Source: Ignavibacteria bacterium (lineage in GTDB: Bacteria; Bacteroidota; Ignavibacteria; Kapaibacteriales; Kapaibacteriaceae). From it: a DNA stretch of 64,000 bases. The notes under the pieces were generated by a model. It ran no database searches and had not been told where the DNA came from. It worked only from the letters and a program-made list of their open reading frames with translations. The translations under genes and the position numbers were made by a program. Positions within the stretch are counted from its first letter, which is position 1; the number at the start of each line of letters is the position of its first letter. Positions 50,916-61,104 of the stretch are shown in pieces. The stretch lies in contig CANMBE010000002.1 of the NCBI GenBank assembly GCA_947495975.1, forward strand, positions 89,192-153,191, in the 5' to 3' direction.

Positions 50916-51685
50916 CGTACGCGTGCAATCCAAGGTTGTCGAAAACCAAGATTAACGGCAGCGGCCTCGGCACCTTCGCGCGTTGGAAATTGACCAAATC
51001 GAACTCTGAACCACGGCTGACCGCGCAGTGTTTGTTCAACGATGTATCCATCTTGAACTCGTTTTTCTCGCAATGTCTGTAGCCATTCATCTGCATCGTC
51101 GCGTGATGGACTCGAAAACACCTGCACTACCCACAATGCATTCGCTGTTGACGCTGCGGGTGTGGTCTTAATCTCGGCTGGCCTTGCCACTGGTTTTGCT
51201 GCAACTTCGATGGGCTCAGCAGTAGCAATTTTGACTGGCGTTGGTTCGATGGGTTTTGCGGCGCTCGGATGAGGTGTAGAGGACTTTGACACTGGTACTG
51301 GCTCTGTAAACAGTGGCTCTATTGCTGTATCTGCCAGTGCCGGAACGTGCTGCGTTACGGTTGTATCGGTCTCTCCAAGAAGAGGTTCAGCAACGTCTTC
51401 TACAGGTGCAAAGAAGGCTTGGTCTTCAACGGACGGCTTCGTGACGAAGTAGAACCCTCCACCGAGCAGTGCGCTAAGCAGAATAATTCCTGCGGCAACA
51501 CTGACCCAGAACATTGGCTTTCTTCGTTTTTCTTGTTGAGCTAGTGGCGGCAAGGCATTTACGGCCTCTACCCGCAAGCGCTCAGGCGCTTCGGTTGGCT
51601 CTGAGGATATTGACTGCTCAGACATGAATCCCTGTTCTTCAGGTCCAAAGCCAGTATCGTCCCACGTAGGATCTTTAGGTTCCAT
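50912..51685 (-). CDS. SPOR domain (peptidoglycan-binding) membrane protein
   Basis: One TM, then a C-terminal SPOR-like domain (WVVQVFSSPSRDDADEWLQTL...FRVRFGQFPTREGAEA). Confidence 0.55.
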   Translation of the reverse strand: MEPKDPTWDDTGFGPEEQGFMSEQSISSEPTEAPERLRVEAVNALPPLAQQEKRRKPMFWVSVAAGIILLSALLGGGFYFVTKPSVEDQAFFAPVEDVAEPLLGETDTTVTQHVPALADTAIEPLFTEPVPVSKSSTPHPSAAKPIEPTPVKIATAEPIEVAAKPVARPAEIKTTPAASTANALWVVQVFSSPSRDDADEWLQTLREKRVQDGYIVEQTLRGQPWFRVRFGQFPTREGAEAAAVNLGFRQPWIARVR

Positions 51686-51687
51686 GA

Positions 51688-53283
51688 TCAGAACTTCCAG
51701 GTACAACCAGCAGTGATAAAAATTCCCCGCTCACGATAACCTTCCCACAGAAAGACTGTGCTACCAAGAAGGTTTTCGGCCCGGGCATGTAGGTCAAATG
51801 ATTTCGAAAGAGAACATGAAGCTTTAAGTCGAAGGTCGATATATCCAGCAAGTGTCTTTGAGTTTGCAAAGTCAGTCCATCGTTGTCCTACATAGATCAT
51901 GCCAATTCCGGTTTGAAAAGTTTCTGACCACGTCCTGTCGTAGTGAACGGACGACAATACCGCAGGAATATAGGGTTGAGCTGCTTCTTCTGCGACGGAT
52001 GCGCTCGTCATTCGAACGTCGGCCACAACCACATCACGCGGGGTAACAACGAACCGTGCATCTGCATGCAACTCAACAAGACTGACGGTCCGGTAATCTA
52101 TTGAGAATAGGCCTTGGCGAGACCCCTTCCACACGGCCTCGCGATCTGTCTGACAAATTCGGACACCTACGCTCACTGAAGTTCGCACAGATGGATGATA
52201 CGTGATGGTTCCACGCAGGTCAATGATATCATAGGCCGCATCGAGTCCAACGGAATCATCCACATATTGATTTGCCAACATAAGATCACGAAATGCAATG
52301 GGCCTCATGCCGCTTCTTGCAGTGGCCGTAAAGGTATAATCTGGGCCAAGGAAGAAATCTGCCTGACCACCAAGAGCAAGACCAAAGCGATCTACACCAG
52401 AAGTAGATGTTGCCCATTGAACTCCTGCGCCGCCAGATATTCTCAGCGAACTCGATACCCACCGAGCATATGCACCTGTCTCAACAAATGGATAGGCATT
52501 GCTTGCATAACTCTGCAGTCTCATATCTACCAGCGCTCCTACATCGGCACTCTTCCACTGCTGCTCAACGCGTAAGCCACCGTGCACAACGTTGTCCGTT
52601 ACATCGCGCATGGATGTGGTAGACAGCATCTGGCCTGTCCACGATGCCTGCGCACGATATGTTACATCATCAAATTTTCCCTCTACATCTATGCCCGCAT
52701 TCACGGTTGAATGTTTACGTTCAACGGTATCAGAGCGGGCAAACAATGTATACGAACGATATCGCATTCCTACATCGGCTTGCGTGGTGCTTCCACCAAA
52801 GAATACAAACTTATCGGGCGCTCTGTACGTACTTATCGCACGAACACCTGCTGTGAGATACGATGCGTTGTTCACCCAACCATCACTTGCGTGCACGTCA
52901 CCAGAGAAATCTATACGGTACCTTCCAGCAACAAGTGAGTATCCCGCGTAGAGTTGTGGAGTGATGTAGTTGCCCATCTCCGCTTGGAGATATCCAGGCC
53001 ACATCTGTGCTGAGCGTTGATACTGCGGTAAGGGGCGAGCTGGAAGCACAGGTATTGGCTGCTTCTCTGTCGGATTTAATGAATCAAGGCGAGTAGCAGA
53101 CAGAAGTGGTGGCCGCTGCGGCGATTGTTTTGCACCAGCTCCAACATTGATAAGCTCCTTGCCCATCACGAGGAATTCGGGAAGCTCAAGTGGACCGTTT
53201 GGTGGCTGCGGCATTGGCTGCTGCTGCGCAACAGCAATGCCTAGCGCAAAGACGAATAAGAAAAACAATAGAATGCGTTTCAT
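51688..53283 (-). CDS. predicted outer-membrane beta-barrel protein
   Basis: Signal peptide, alternating amphipathic beta pattern and a C-terminal aromatic residue (..TWKF). Confidence 0.4.
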   Translation of the reverse strand: MKRILLFFLFVFALGIAVAQQQPMPQPPNGPLELPEFLVMGKELINVGAGAKQSPQRPPLLSATRLDSLNPTEKQPIPVLPARPLPQYQRSAQMWPGYLQAEMGNYITPQLYAGYSLVAGRYRIDFSGDVHASDGWVNNASYLTAGVRAISTYRAPDKFVFFGGSTTQADVGMRYRSYTLFARSDTVERKHSTVNAGIDVEGKFDDVTYRAQASWTGQMLSTTSMRDVTDNVVHGGLRVEQQWKSADVGALVDMRLQSYASNAYPFVETGAYARWVSSSLRISGGAGVQWATSTSGVDRFGLALGGQADFFLGPDYTFTATARSGMRPIAFRDLMLANQYVDDSVGLDAAYDIIDLRGTITYHPSVRTSVSVGVRICQTDREAVWKGSRQGLFSIDYRTVSLVELHADARFVVTPRDVVVADVRMTSASVAEEAAQPYIPAVLSSVHYDRTWSETFQTGIGMIYVGQRWTDFANSKTLAGYIDLRLKASCSLSKSFDLHARAENLLGSTVFLWEGYRERGIFITAGCTWKF

Positions 53284-56200
53284 CGGCGCACCTTTTTCAA
53301 TCTCTTGATACGAGCATCTGCAGTCTTGCCATAATCGTCATCTGGTCGAAGTCTGAGAACAACCTCATAAACCGCCGCCGCCTCGTCAAAACGCTTGATA
53401 CTTTCATAACACTCGCCAAGCGCCAGCAGACTAAGTGTATACCAATCTTCGTATCCTGCATATTCTTGCCGCACACGCTCATAATCAGCAATAGCAGATT
53501 CATACTGCTTAGCACGCAAGAAGATTGTTCCTCTATCATACAGCGCATTTGAAACAAACTGTGGTTTGTCAGTTCGCACAGTCAGGAGCGCAAGATGATA
53601 CAGAGCGCTGTCATTACTGCCTATCTTGCGATAGAGCGTTGCAACTTGATATCGTGACTGATCAGCATACTCCGCGCCAGCATATCTGTCTGCTGTTTCG
53701 CGGTACAACATCATGGCACGTGCTGTATCACCGCGCATGCGCGCGGATTGCGCGCGCTCATACCCTGCCTTTGAGGCCGCGTCTGTATCTGCAGGGAATG
53801 TTGTCCAGATAACATCATACAGAGAATCAGCCGATGTAGCATTGGCACTCTTTGTGAAATGCTCGGCAAGATCTAATTTTGACGCAACAATGAAGGGGCT
53901 CTTTGAAAAGCGCTTTTCGATATCAACAAATGCTGCACGGGCTTGTTGCATATCATTCATTGTTAGATACGTTTTTCCCAAAAGGTACAGCGCTTCGTCT
54001 TGGCGCTGCGAAGATGGATAGCGTTTCATATACGATTCAAGCTCAGCAGCCGCATTCGTATAGTTCCGCCCGGAATAGAAGATCTCTGCCTTTTTAAATG
54101 CAAACTCTTCCGCAGAATTTGAATATGGATTTGAGTTTATCAACGTATCAGCAATATCAAGCGCTTCTTGTGTACGCCCCAAACTAAGGAGAGCCCCTTG
54201 CATACTTTTTGCTGCTTCGGATGCGAGTGGGTGCGAGGGATAACGCGAGATTACACTTCTGTACGTAACGAGTGATGCTTCTACATCACCTAGATTAAAC
54301 TGTGCATCGCCGATTGTGTATAGCGCGCGGACGGCTTGGTCGCCATCTGGGTAGGCAACCAGGAGGCGCTGATAATCTTCAATTGCCTTCGCTTCATTAT
54401 GTTGTTGAAATGCGATCCAACCAATAAGATACATTGCATCATCTGCGAGTTTGCTTATTGGATAACGCTGCATAAACTTGCGCATATTTTCAACGGCGCC
54501 TGAGAGATCGCCTGCGCGGTATGAGGCTTGTCCGGCTTGATATGCAGCGTATTGTCCTTCTTCAGACGTGGGCGATGTTGCCGCAGCTTGTTCATATTGC
54601 TCCGCTGCTGCACGAAACTGTCGCAAGATGTATAAGGCATCACCACGTCTAGCAAGTGCTTCTGCAGCGTAGCGCGATGTTGGGAATGAGCGTAAGAGTT
54701 CGCCGAACATTGACGTGGATCGATCAAAGTCTCGTCTACGGAAAAACGTCCACGCCAGCCCATACATTGCTTCTTCTCTGCGCAGACTTGCGGTGAAACG
54801 CTTTACAATTTCATCGTACAGTTCTTGGGCATTCTTGAGCAAGTCAGCACGATACATGGATTCCGCCAACCAGAACGTGGCTTCATCTCTGTGCGCGTCA
54901 TTGGGATGATTGCCAAGAAAATCTGTTAGCGCATTTATCGCTGGTTGTACCTGACCTGCTTGTATGAGACAAATCCCGCGCTTCAATCTGATTTCAGCCA
55001 GGTACATCTGCCGGTCTGAAAGAAACTCATCTGCGGCTTCTTCGGCAATACTTTGAGCACGCTCATAAGCGCTAGCAGCCTTTGACCATTGCTGCATCTC
55101 AATAAGTGTTGCGCCAAGCAAGAGATGTGCACGAATAGATGTTGCTGCATCGCGCGATTCTCTTTCAGCACGTTCAAGTGCTTTGCGTGCACGATCAAAA
55201 TCTTTGGTTTCGTATGCGATTTGACCAAGTTCAATAAGAGCTTGAGCTTGAAACGGATAACCAGCTTGTGAGGCGAGGCTTGTAAAGGCTTTTACAGCCT
55301 CTTCCATCTTACCCACACGATTGAGAACAACGGTGTGATAGAGTAATGCTTGCTGACGAATAGGCGATGCATCGTCTGTGAGGGAATCAAGAATGACTGC
55401 ATAATGATTGAGCGACTTGTCTAGTAACCCAAGCATGAGGGCATCGTAACCCGCATGCAGATGCACATGCCAGCGATATCGGGAGATTGGGTATCGCGTA
55501 ATAAACGTTTCACAACTATCGAGAGCTTCTTGGTAGTTGCGTCGGAGCGTGTATGCTTCTGCGCGCACCAATGCAATTTCTTCACGTGCAGCGTCTACAT
55601 CAATTTGTTTTGCTCCGTTCTCTCTGGCACTGTCATTCAGTAACAGTTCAATTCCTGTTAACACATCAAGTGCCCGCTCAGGACGACGAAGCGAAACGAG
55701 GTCAACTGCTTCTCGAATTCTTGCAGCTACTGATACATTTGATGTGGGATATCTTGTCCGAACAAGACCGAATGAATTGATCGCTTGGTGCACATCTGCG
55801 TTGTGCTCGTATATCTGCCCCATTGCATAATGAGAATACGCTGCGTATTCTCCCAGAGAGTCGGATTTGATGGATGCACCAAAAACATCACGCGCTTCAA
55901 CAAATTGACCGATGCTGGCACGAGCAGCCCCCTCCCAAAAAAATGCTTTGTGTGCCATGGTGATGTAGAAGCTATCGCGCCGTTGTTCAAAAGCAATCAT
56001 CGACTCGCGTGCGCACCAAGCGAACGATTCTGCTGCGGCCTCTGGATCTCCATCTTCAAGTGCAGCAACGGCTCGTTCCATCCACGCAAGCGGCACAAAT
56101 GGCGAATGTGTTCGCTCACGAAGAAAGGCGTCCATTTCTCTGTCCGCACCTGCACGATTGCCAGAGCTCTTCAGAATATCTGCCTTGTCAAAAGGCACCA

Positions 56201-56420
56201 CATCGGCAACGGCGGTATTGCGCCGCGTCTGGTCAAGGATTGCCACATCGGCTGCTGCACGGCGGATCATCCCAGCATCAATAAGGGAACGCACTCCACG
56301 CTCCATGTGTGGAGCTGAGAGGTATGGATATGGGCTAATCTGTGCTACCACACTCGTGCTCAACGCACAAAACATGGCAACAACGATCAACCCGCCGCGA
56401 ATGGTGCCGGGGATTGTCAT
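53280..56420 (-). CDS. large secreted tetratricopeptide-repeat protein (1046 aa)
   Basis: Signal peptide plus dozens of TPR-like A/Y/L periodic repeats. Confidence 0.7.
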   Translation of the reverse strand: MTIPGTIRGGLIVVAMFCALSTSVVAQISPYPYLSAPHMERGVRSLIDAGMIRRAAADVAILDQTRRNTAVADVVPFDKADILKSSGNRAGADREMDAFLRERTHSPFVPLAWMERAVAALEDGDPEAAAESFAWCARESMIAFEQRRDSFYITMAHKAFFWEGAARASIGQFVEARDVFGASIKSDSLGEYAAYSHYAMGQIYEHNADVHQAINSFGLVRTRYPTSNVSVAARIREAVDLVSLRRPERALDVLTGIELLLNDSARENGAKQIDVDAAREEIALVRAEAYTLRRNYQEALDSCETFITRYPISRYRWHVHLHAGYDALMLGLLDKSLNHYAVILDSLTDDASPIRQQALLYHTVVLNRVGKMEEAVKAFTSLASQAGYPFQAQALIELGQIAYETKDFDRARKALERAERESRDAATSIRAHLLLGATLIEMQQWSKAASAYERAQSIAEEAADEFLSDRQMYLAEIRLKRGICLIQAGQVQPAINALTDFLGNHPNDAHRDEATFWLAESMYRADLLKNAQELYDEIVKRFTASLRREEAMYGLAWTFFRRRDFDRSTSMFGELLRSFPTSRYAAEALARRGDALYILRQFRAAAEQYEQAAATSPTSEEGQYAAYQAGQASYRAGDLSGAVENMRKFMQRYPISKLADDAMYLIGWIAFQQHNEAKAIEDYQRLLVAYPDGDQAVRALYTIGDAQFNLGDVEASLVTYRSVISRYPSHPLASEAAKSMQGALLSLGRTQEALDIADTLINSNPYSNSAEEFAFKKAEIFYSGRNYTNAAAELESYMKRYPSSQRQDEALYLLGKTYLTMNDMQQARAAFVDIEKRFSKSPFIVASKLDLAEHFTKSANATSADSLYDVIWTTFPADTDAASKAGYERAQSARMRGDTARAMMLYRETADRYAGAEYADQSRYQVATLYRKIGSNDSALYHLALLTVRTDKPQFVSNALYDRGTIFLRAKQYESAIADYERVRQEYAGYEDWYTLSLLALGECYESIKRFDEAAAVYEVVLRLRPDDDYGKTADARIKRLKKVRR

Positions 56421-56428
56421 CTCTTAAA

Positions 56429-57415
56429 GTGCTGCTATGGCAAATCTACGAAGGCTTCGTGCCCATCGTTGCCCCCAGACCTCGTAGATTTGTACACATT
56501 CCCGACGCAACCAGGACAACTCAAGTGTATCACGCTCTGCTCTACTATGCCTTTGTGCCCATAGACAACCCCGAGGAGTTCGCTAACACCCACCGCGAGC
56601 TCTGCCAGAGGCTTGAGCTTAAGGGGCGAATTTTGGTCTCCACAGAGGGAATCAATGGCACCGTTTCGGGTCCGATTCTGGCCTGCGACCAATACCGTAT
56701 GTCATTGCATGAAGATCAACGATTTTCATCCATGCCCTTTAAGATTGATGAAGTAGATGGGCACATTTTTCAGAAGCTCTTTGTTCGAGTGAAGCAGGAG
56801 CTCGTTACCTTTAGGTCTGATCTGCCAACAGATCCAACGAGGGCAACTGGCAGAAGACTCTCCCCTGCGGAGTGGAAGGAGCGCCTTGAGCGCGGAGATG
56901 CAATTATCTTAGATGGCCGAACGGACTATGAATTCGACATTGGGCATTTCCGGGGCGCAATCCGTCCGGATATTGAGTCGTTTCGAGAATTCCCTCAATG
57001 GATTCGCGAGCACCTCGGTAAAAACAAGGATACCCCCATCTTAACCTATTGCACCGGGGGTATCAGATGCGAAAAGCTCACAGCCTTTATGCTTGCCGAC
57101 GGGTTTAGCAATGTATACCAGCTGGATGGCGGCATCGTAACCTATGGCAAGGACACCGAGACACAAGGGGCTTTGTGGGATGGACTTTGTTACGTCTTTG
57201 ATGAGCGAATAGCCGTGGAGATCAACCATACGGAAGACCGCAGAGTTGTAGGCCGCTGCTTCCACTGCGATTCTTCTACTGAACGATACATCAACTGCGC
57301 TCATCTCCTATGTAATCGTCAACACCTTGTATGTCCGGAGTGTGAAGCACAGTTTTCTCATACCTGCTCCGTAGCATGCTTAGATCGTATCTTGGTTCCA
57401 TATGAATCTCTTTGA
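56429..57415 (+). CDS. trhO: rhodanese-domain tRNA U34 hydroxylase TrhO (YceA/UPF0176)
   Basis: VSTEGINGTVSGP and the rhodanese active-site loop CTGGIRCEK. The start is uncertain; the listed ORF start overlaps the TPR gene. Confidence 0.7.
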   Translation: MLLWQIYEGFVPIVAPRPRRFVHIPDATRTTQVYHALLYYAFVPIDNPEEFANTHRELCQRLELKGRILVSTEGINGTVSGPILACDQYRMSLHEDQRFSSMPFKIDEVDGHIFQKLFVRVKQELVTFRSDLPTDPTRATGRRLSPAEWKERLERGDAIILDGRTDYEFDIGHFRGAIRPDIESFREFPQWIREHLGKNKDTPILTYCTGGIRCEKLTAFMLADGFSNVYQLDGGIVTYGKDTETQGALWDGLCYVFDERIAVEINHTEDRRVVGRCFHCDSSTERYINCAHLLCNRQHLVCPECEAQFSHTCSVACLDRILVPYESL

Positions 57416-58223
57416 ATCAATTCAAGAATCCGTGGCCTTCATTCGTGGTGTTACAGACACGAAGCCGCGCATTGGCGTTATCCTTGGAACGGGGCTTGGT
57501 GGTCTTGTTGGTCAGGTAAACGTCTCATCAACTATCCCTTATGATGAAATTCCACATTTCCAGATAAGTACTGTTGAATCACATCATGGCAGGCTTGTCT
57601 TTGGAAGTTTGAATGGCATTGACATCGTTGTTATGCAAGGCCGGTTTCATGCGTACGAAGGTTATTCACTTCAGCAGATCACCTTTCCTGTAAGAGTCTT
57701 GCATGGGCTTGGCGTACAAACGCTCATCGTGTCCAATGCTTGTGGAGGAATGAACCCGCTCTATAGAAGGGGCGATATTATGCTCATTGATGATCACATC
57801 AATCTGTTGGGCGATAGTCCACTCGTTGGACCAAATGACGAGCGCCTTGGTCCACGATTCCCCGATATGAGTGAGCCGTATTCGCGCCGATTGCTGGGTT
57901 ACGCTGAAGAAGCTGCGCTTGCCAGACGTGTAAAGGTTCACCGTGGGGTATACGTGGCAGTATCTGGTCCCAATCTTGAAACAAGAGCCGAATACAGATT
58001 CTTGCGAACGATTGGAGCCGATGTTGTGGGTATGAGCACAGTACCAGAAAATATCGTTGCACGGCACATGGGAATGGATGTGTTGGGTCTTAGCATTGTA
58101 ACAGATGAGTGCTTTCCTGACTCTTTGGCACCCGTTAAGCTTGAGCATGTGCTAGAAGCAGCATTCCAAGCTGAACCAATCATGACGTCTTTAATTACCG
58201 ATGTGATCGCACGCTGCGCATGA
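57402..58223 (+). CDS. purine nucleoside phosphorylase (PNP-I family)
   Basis: IGVILGTGLG ... SNACGGMNP ... GMSTVPE. Confidence 0.85.
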   Translation: MNLFESIQESVAFIRGVTDTKPRIGVILGTGLGGLVGQVNVSSTIPYDEIPHFQISTVESHHGRLVFGSLNGIDIVVMQGRFHAYEGYSLQQITFPVRVLHGLGVQTLIVSNACGGMNPLYRRGDIMLIDDHINLLGDSPLVGPNDERLGPRFPDMSEPYSRRLLGYAEEAALARRVKVHRGVYVAVSGPNLETRAEYRFLRTIGADVVGMSTVPENIVARHMGMDVLGLSIVTDECFPDSLAPVKLEHVLEAAFQAEPIMTSLITDVIARCA

Positions 58224-59245
58224 TTCGCCCCCTACTCGCCGCATTCCTCTGGGTACTCATCCTCGGTGGATGTGCGCCCACTGAGCCAACCATTACAACG
58301 TTCGTGGACGAGTGGAGATTGCTGTCCGCAGGCCCCAACGGCCTTGCGACGATTACGATGCCCACTGGCATTGTTGCAAATCCATCAGTTTGGGCAGGAC
58401 CAGACGGCACTGTGTTTCCAGTGTCGAAGATCAAGAGATTCAGAGAAGACGTCTACGCCCTGCATTCTTCTCTTCCTTGGATCATCATTTTTGACGCTAC
58501 AACACTGGCACCAAAGGACACGATTGATCTTGGTGGAAACGGCGTGCCTTTCGATATAACATTTCCAAATGCAACCACTGCATATGTGTCGCTTCCCACC
58601 ACAAATGCGGTTGGTATTATTGATCTTACTGTGGGCATGGTAGTTGCTACGATTGACGTTGGTAGCAAATCTGCAGGAATTGCATCAGCTGGTAATCAGG
58701 TTTGTGTGGCACTAACATCTGCAAACGAACTTGCCATCATTGACACGCGAACAAATCTTGTAGAGACTCGCTTACCTACAGATCCCGCACCCGTGTATGT
58801 TGATGCCGATGGACTCAATGCTGTTTTCTGTGTTGTCTGTCTTGGCTCTGGAAAAATTGATCGTGAAAATCCAACGGCGCCAACGATAATATTTGTCTCT
58901 GCCACTTCTCGCACGATCTTAAAGAAGTTGGATATCGCTGGTCGGCCAACCAATGCATCCCTGCAACTACCTCGCGGACTCATAGTCACTGCCAATGAAT
59001 ATGCTTTTGTGCCGGTACAAAATGGCTTGGTACGCGTCAATACACGCACCCGAAACAAGGTAACTGTCATTCAAGTTGATTCGTATGACGCCATTGCCTA
59101 CAATCCAGCACGAGCCGAGATCATCCTGCAGCGCACACTTGATGGTGGCACAGTGTATGATGTGCTCGATGAGTTTGCCGAGAACACAAAGGCATCAAGC
59201 GTGCAGGCAGATTCTTCTTCGTCGATCATAGGAATTGGTCGATGA
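58220..59245 (+). CDS. lipoprotein with YVTN/YncE-like beta-propeller repeats
   Basis: Lipobox ILGGC. Repeated G..DT/..GxxIDxxT blades (YVSLPTTNAVGIIDLT, VCVALTSANELAIIDTRT). Confidence 0.45.
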   Translation: MIRPLLAAFLWVLILGGCAPTEPTITTFVDEWRLLSAGPNGLATITMPTGIVANPSVWAGPDGTVFPVSKIKRFREDVYALHSSLPWIIIFDATTLAPKDTIDLGGNGVPFDITFPNATTAYVSLPTTNAVGIIDLTVGMVVATIDVGSKSAGIASAGNQVCVALTSANELAIIDTRTNLVETRLPTDPAPVYVDADGLNAVFCVVCLGSGKIDRENPTAPTIIFVSATSRTILKKLDIAGRPTNASLQLPRGLIVTANEYAFVPVQNGLVRVNTRTRNKVTVIQVDSYDAIAYNPARAEIILQRTLDGGTVYDVLDEFAENTKASSVQADSSSSIIGIGR

Positions 59246-60231
59246 TCATTGATGATCTCATTCAACGGGCATCTGAGCGCCCACGACGGATTTTATTTCC
59301 TGACGCTACAGATGAACGGACGTTGATTGCTGCAGCTCGTCTGTTGCGTAATAACATTTGTATTCCAGTGTTGCTTGGCAACACTGCAGAGATTCATGCT
59401 GTGTGTGCAACGTTATCTGTCGATGATCTCAACCGCGTGTCTATCATCGATCCAACGGATCATGTTGACGATGTTACTGCCTTTCTCCTTGAACGCAGAC
59501 GTGATAAGGGGCTCCAAGAATCCGAAGCAAGAGTGCTTGCCATGCAACCTTTGTATGCAGCTGGAGCGCTTGTTGCTCTTCTACGTGCTGACGGTGTTGT
59601 TGCCGGATCGCTATCAAATACATCCGATGTATTGCGTGCTGCGATGGTTACGATTGGTATGGCCGCAGGGATAAAGACTGTGTCGAGTTACTTTCTTATC
59701 GCATGGCCTGAAAAGACCCTTTTTTATACAGACTGTGCAGTTGTTCCCGACCCAACAGATCAACAACTTTCTGACATTGCCTCTGCCGCATCAGACAATT
59801 ACCGCGCAATCGTACAAGAAGATCCAAGAGTTGCGTTCCTTAGTTATTCAACCAAAGGAAGTGCGCAGCATCCTCGCGTTGATAAAGTGAGATCTGCAGC
59901 TTCGATTTTCCAGCGAAACCGAACAGACATTGTATCAGATGGCGAGCTTCAGGTAGACGCAGCACTGGTAGCATCGGTTGCGAAACGCAAAGCCCCCTTA
60001 TCACCAATTGCTGGGACGGCTAACGTTCTTGTCTTTCCAGATCTTGACTCAGGGAACATTGCCTACAAGATCTCTGAACGCCTTGGTGGCGCAATTGCCC
60101 TTGGACCAATTATACAAGGCCTTGCACGGCCGTACTGCGATCTTTCGCGTGGGTGCAGCGTTGATGACATCGTGCACGTTGCGGCGATCACATCACTGAT
60201 GTCGCAAGAATCAGTTCCGCTTAACGAGTAA
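59242..60231 (+). CDS. pta: phosphate acetyltransferase (PTA_PTB domain)
   Basis: RILFPDATDERTL ... VFPDLDSGNIAYK. Confidence 0.85.
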   Translation: MIIDDLIQRASERPRRILFPDATDERTLIAAARLLRNNICIPVLLGNTAEIHAVCATLSVDDLNRVSIIDPTDHVDDVTAFLLERRRDKGLQESEARVLAMQPLYAAGALVALLRADGVVAGSLSNTSDVLRAAMVTIGMAAGIKTVSSYFLIAWPEKTLFYTDCAVVPDPTDQQLSDIASAASDNYRAIVQEDPRVAFLSYSTKGSAQHPRVDKVRSAASIFQRNRTDIVSDGELQVDAALVASVAKRKAPLSPIAGTANVLVFPDLDSGNIAYKISERLGGAIALGPIIQGLARPYCDLSRGCSVDDIVHVAAITSLMSQESVPLNE

Positions 60232-61104
60232 CTTTTGTTTCAGGTCAGCAAAGTCTTGTGTGGTCATATAGTACTTCGTTGAGCAATATTGACAAACGAG
60301 TTCATTCTGACCGTCAGCTTCCATGCCGTTGATTTCTTCGAGTCCAAGCGTCAACAACAACGACTTAAATCGATCGTGCGAACACCGACAGAAATAATCA
60401 ATTGGTGATGTATTCATCACAGTGATTTCAGAAGGCATTACTTGGCGGAGAATCTCTTCAGGTGAGTATCCCTTGTCGGCAAACTCCGTAAGCCTATCCA
60501 GATAGTCAATAGTATCGTAGACCGTAAAGATGTCCTGTGGCCGAGCGCCCGGCATTGCCTGTACTAAAAGTCCCACGCTCTGCTTGATCAGGTTATTTTC
60601 ATCATATGCAATATCAATGACAAAGGCCGATGGAATCTGCTCCGATTGAGTCAGATAATACCCTAGGTCACTCGTTACATCGCCTCTTCGGAGTGCCACG
60701 ATGCCGGTAACAGGTTCATACTTTCCGTAAAGTATGCGTTGAACTTTGAGAAGTCCTTCTCCAAGTGGACTCGTCATTCCTTCAGCAGGAGTAGCATTTA
60801 GCTTTACGTAGCCCCGTACCTCACCTACTTGCATAGCTTCTGCATGAACTGTAGAAATCTGTCCGTTGCCATCTCCACGCACAACAACCCGTTCTTCGCC
60901 GTTGAGCAACGAGGCCATAAGTGAGGCACCGGTTAGCGCACGTGCAAGTATGAGTGAGCTCATTGGGTCAAGTCCGTGTTTCTCTTGCGCTGTTCGAACA
61001 GTAATCGGATTATGAATCACTGCTGCCCTAAACATTCCATCTGACGTCATGGCACGCGTAACACGGTCGCGTTCGGCCCATTTCTTTTTTAGTTCATCCC
61101 TCAT
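60211..61104 (-). CDS. hslO: redox-regulated chaperone Hsp33
   Basis: C-terminal zinc centre CRCS...CQYCS. Confidence 0.85.
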   Translation of the reverse strand: MRDELKKKWAERDRVTRAMTSDGMFRAAVIHNPITVRTAQEKHGLDPMSSLILARALTGASLMASLLNGEERVVVRGDGNGQISTVHAEAMQVGEVRGYVKLNATPAEGMTSPLGEGLLKVQRILYGKYEPVTGIVALRRGDVTSDLGYYLTQSEQIPSAFVIDIAYDENNLIKQSVGLLVQAMPGARPQDIFTVYDTIDYLDRLTEFADKGYSPEEILRQVMPSEITVMNTSPIDYFCRCSHDRFKSLLLTLGLEEINGMEADGQNELVCQYCSTKYYMTTQDFADLKQKLLVKRN

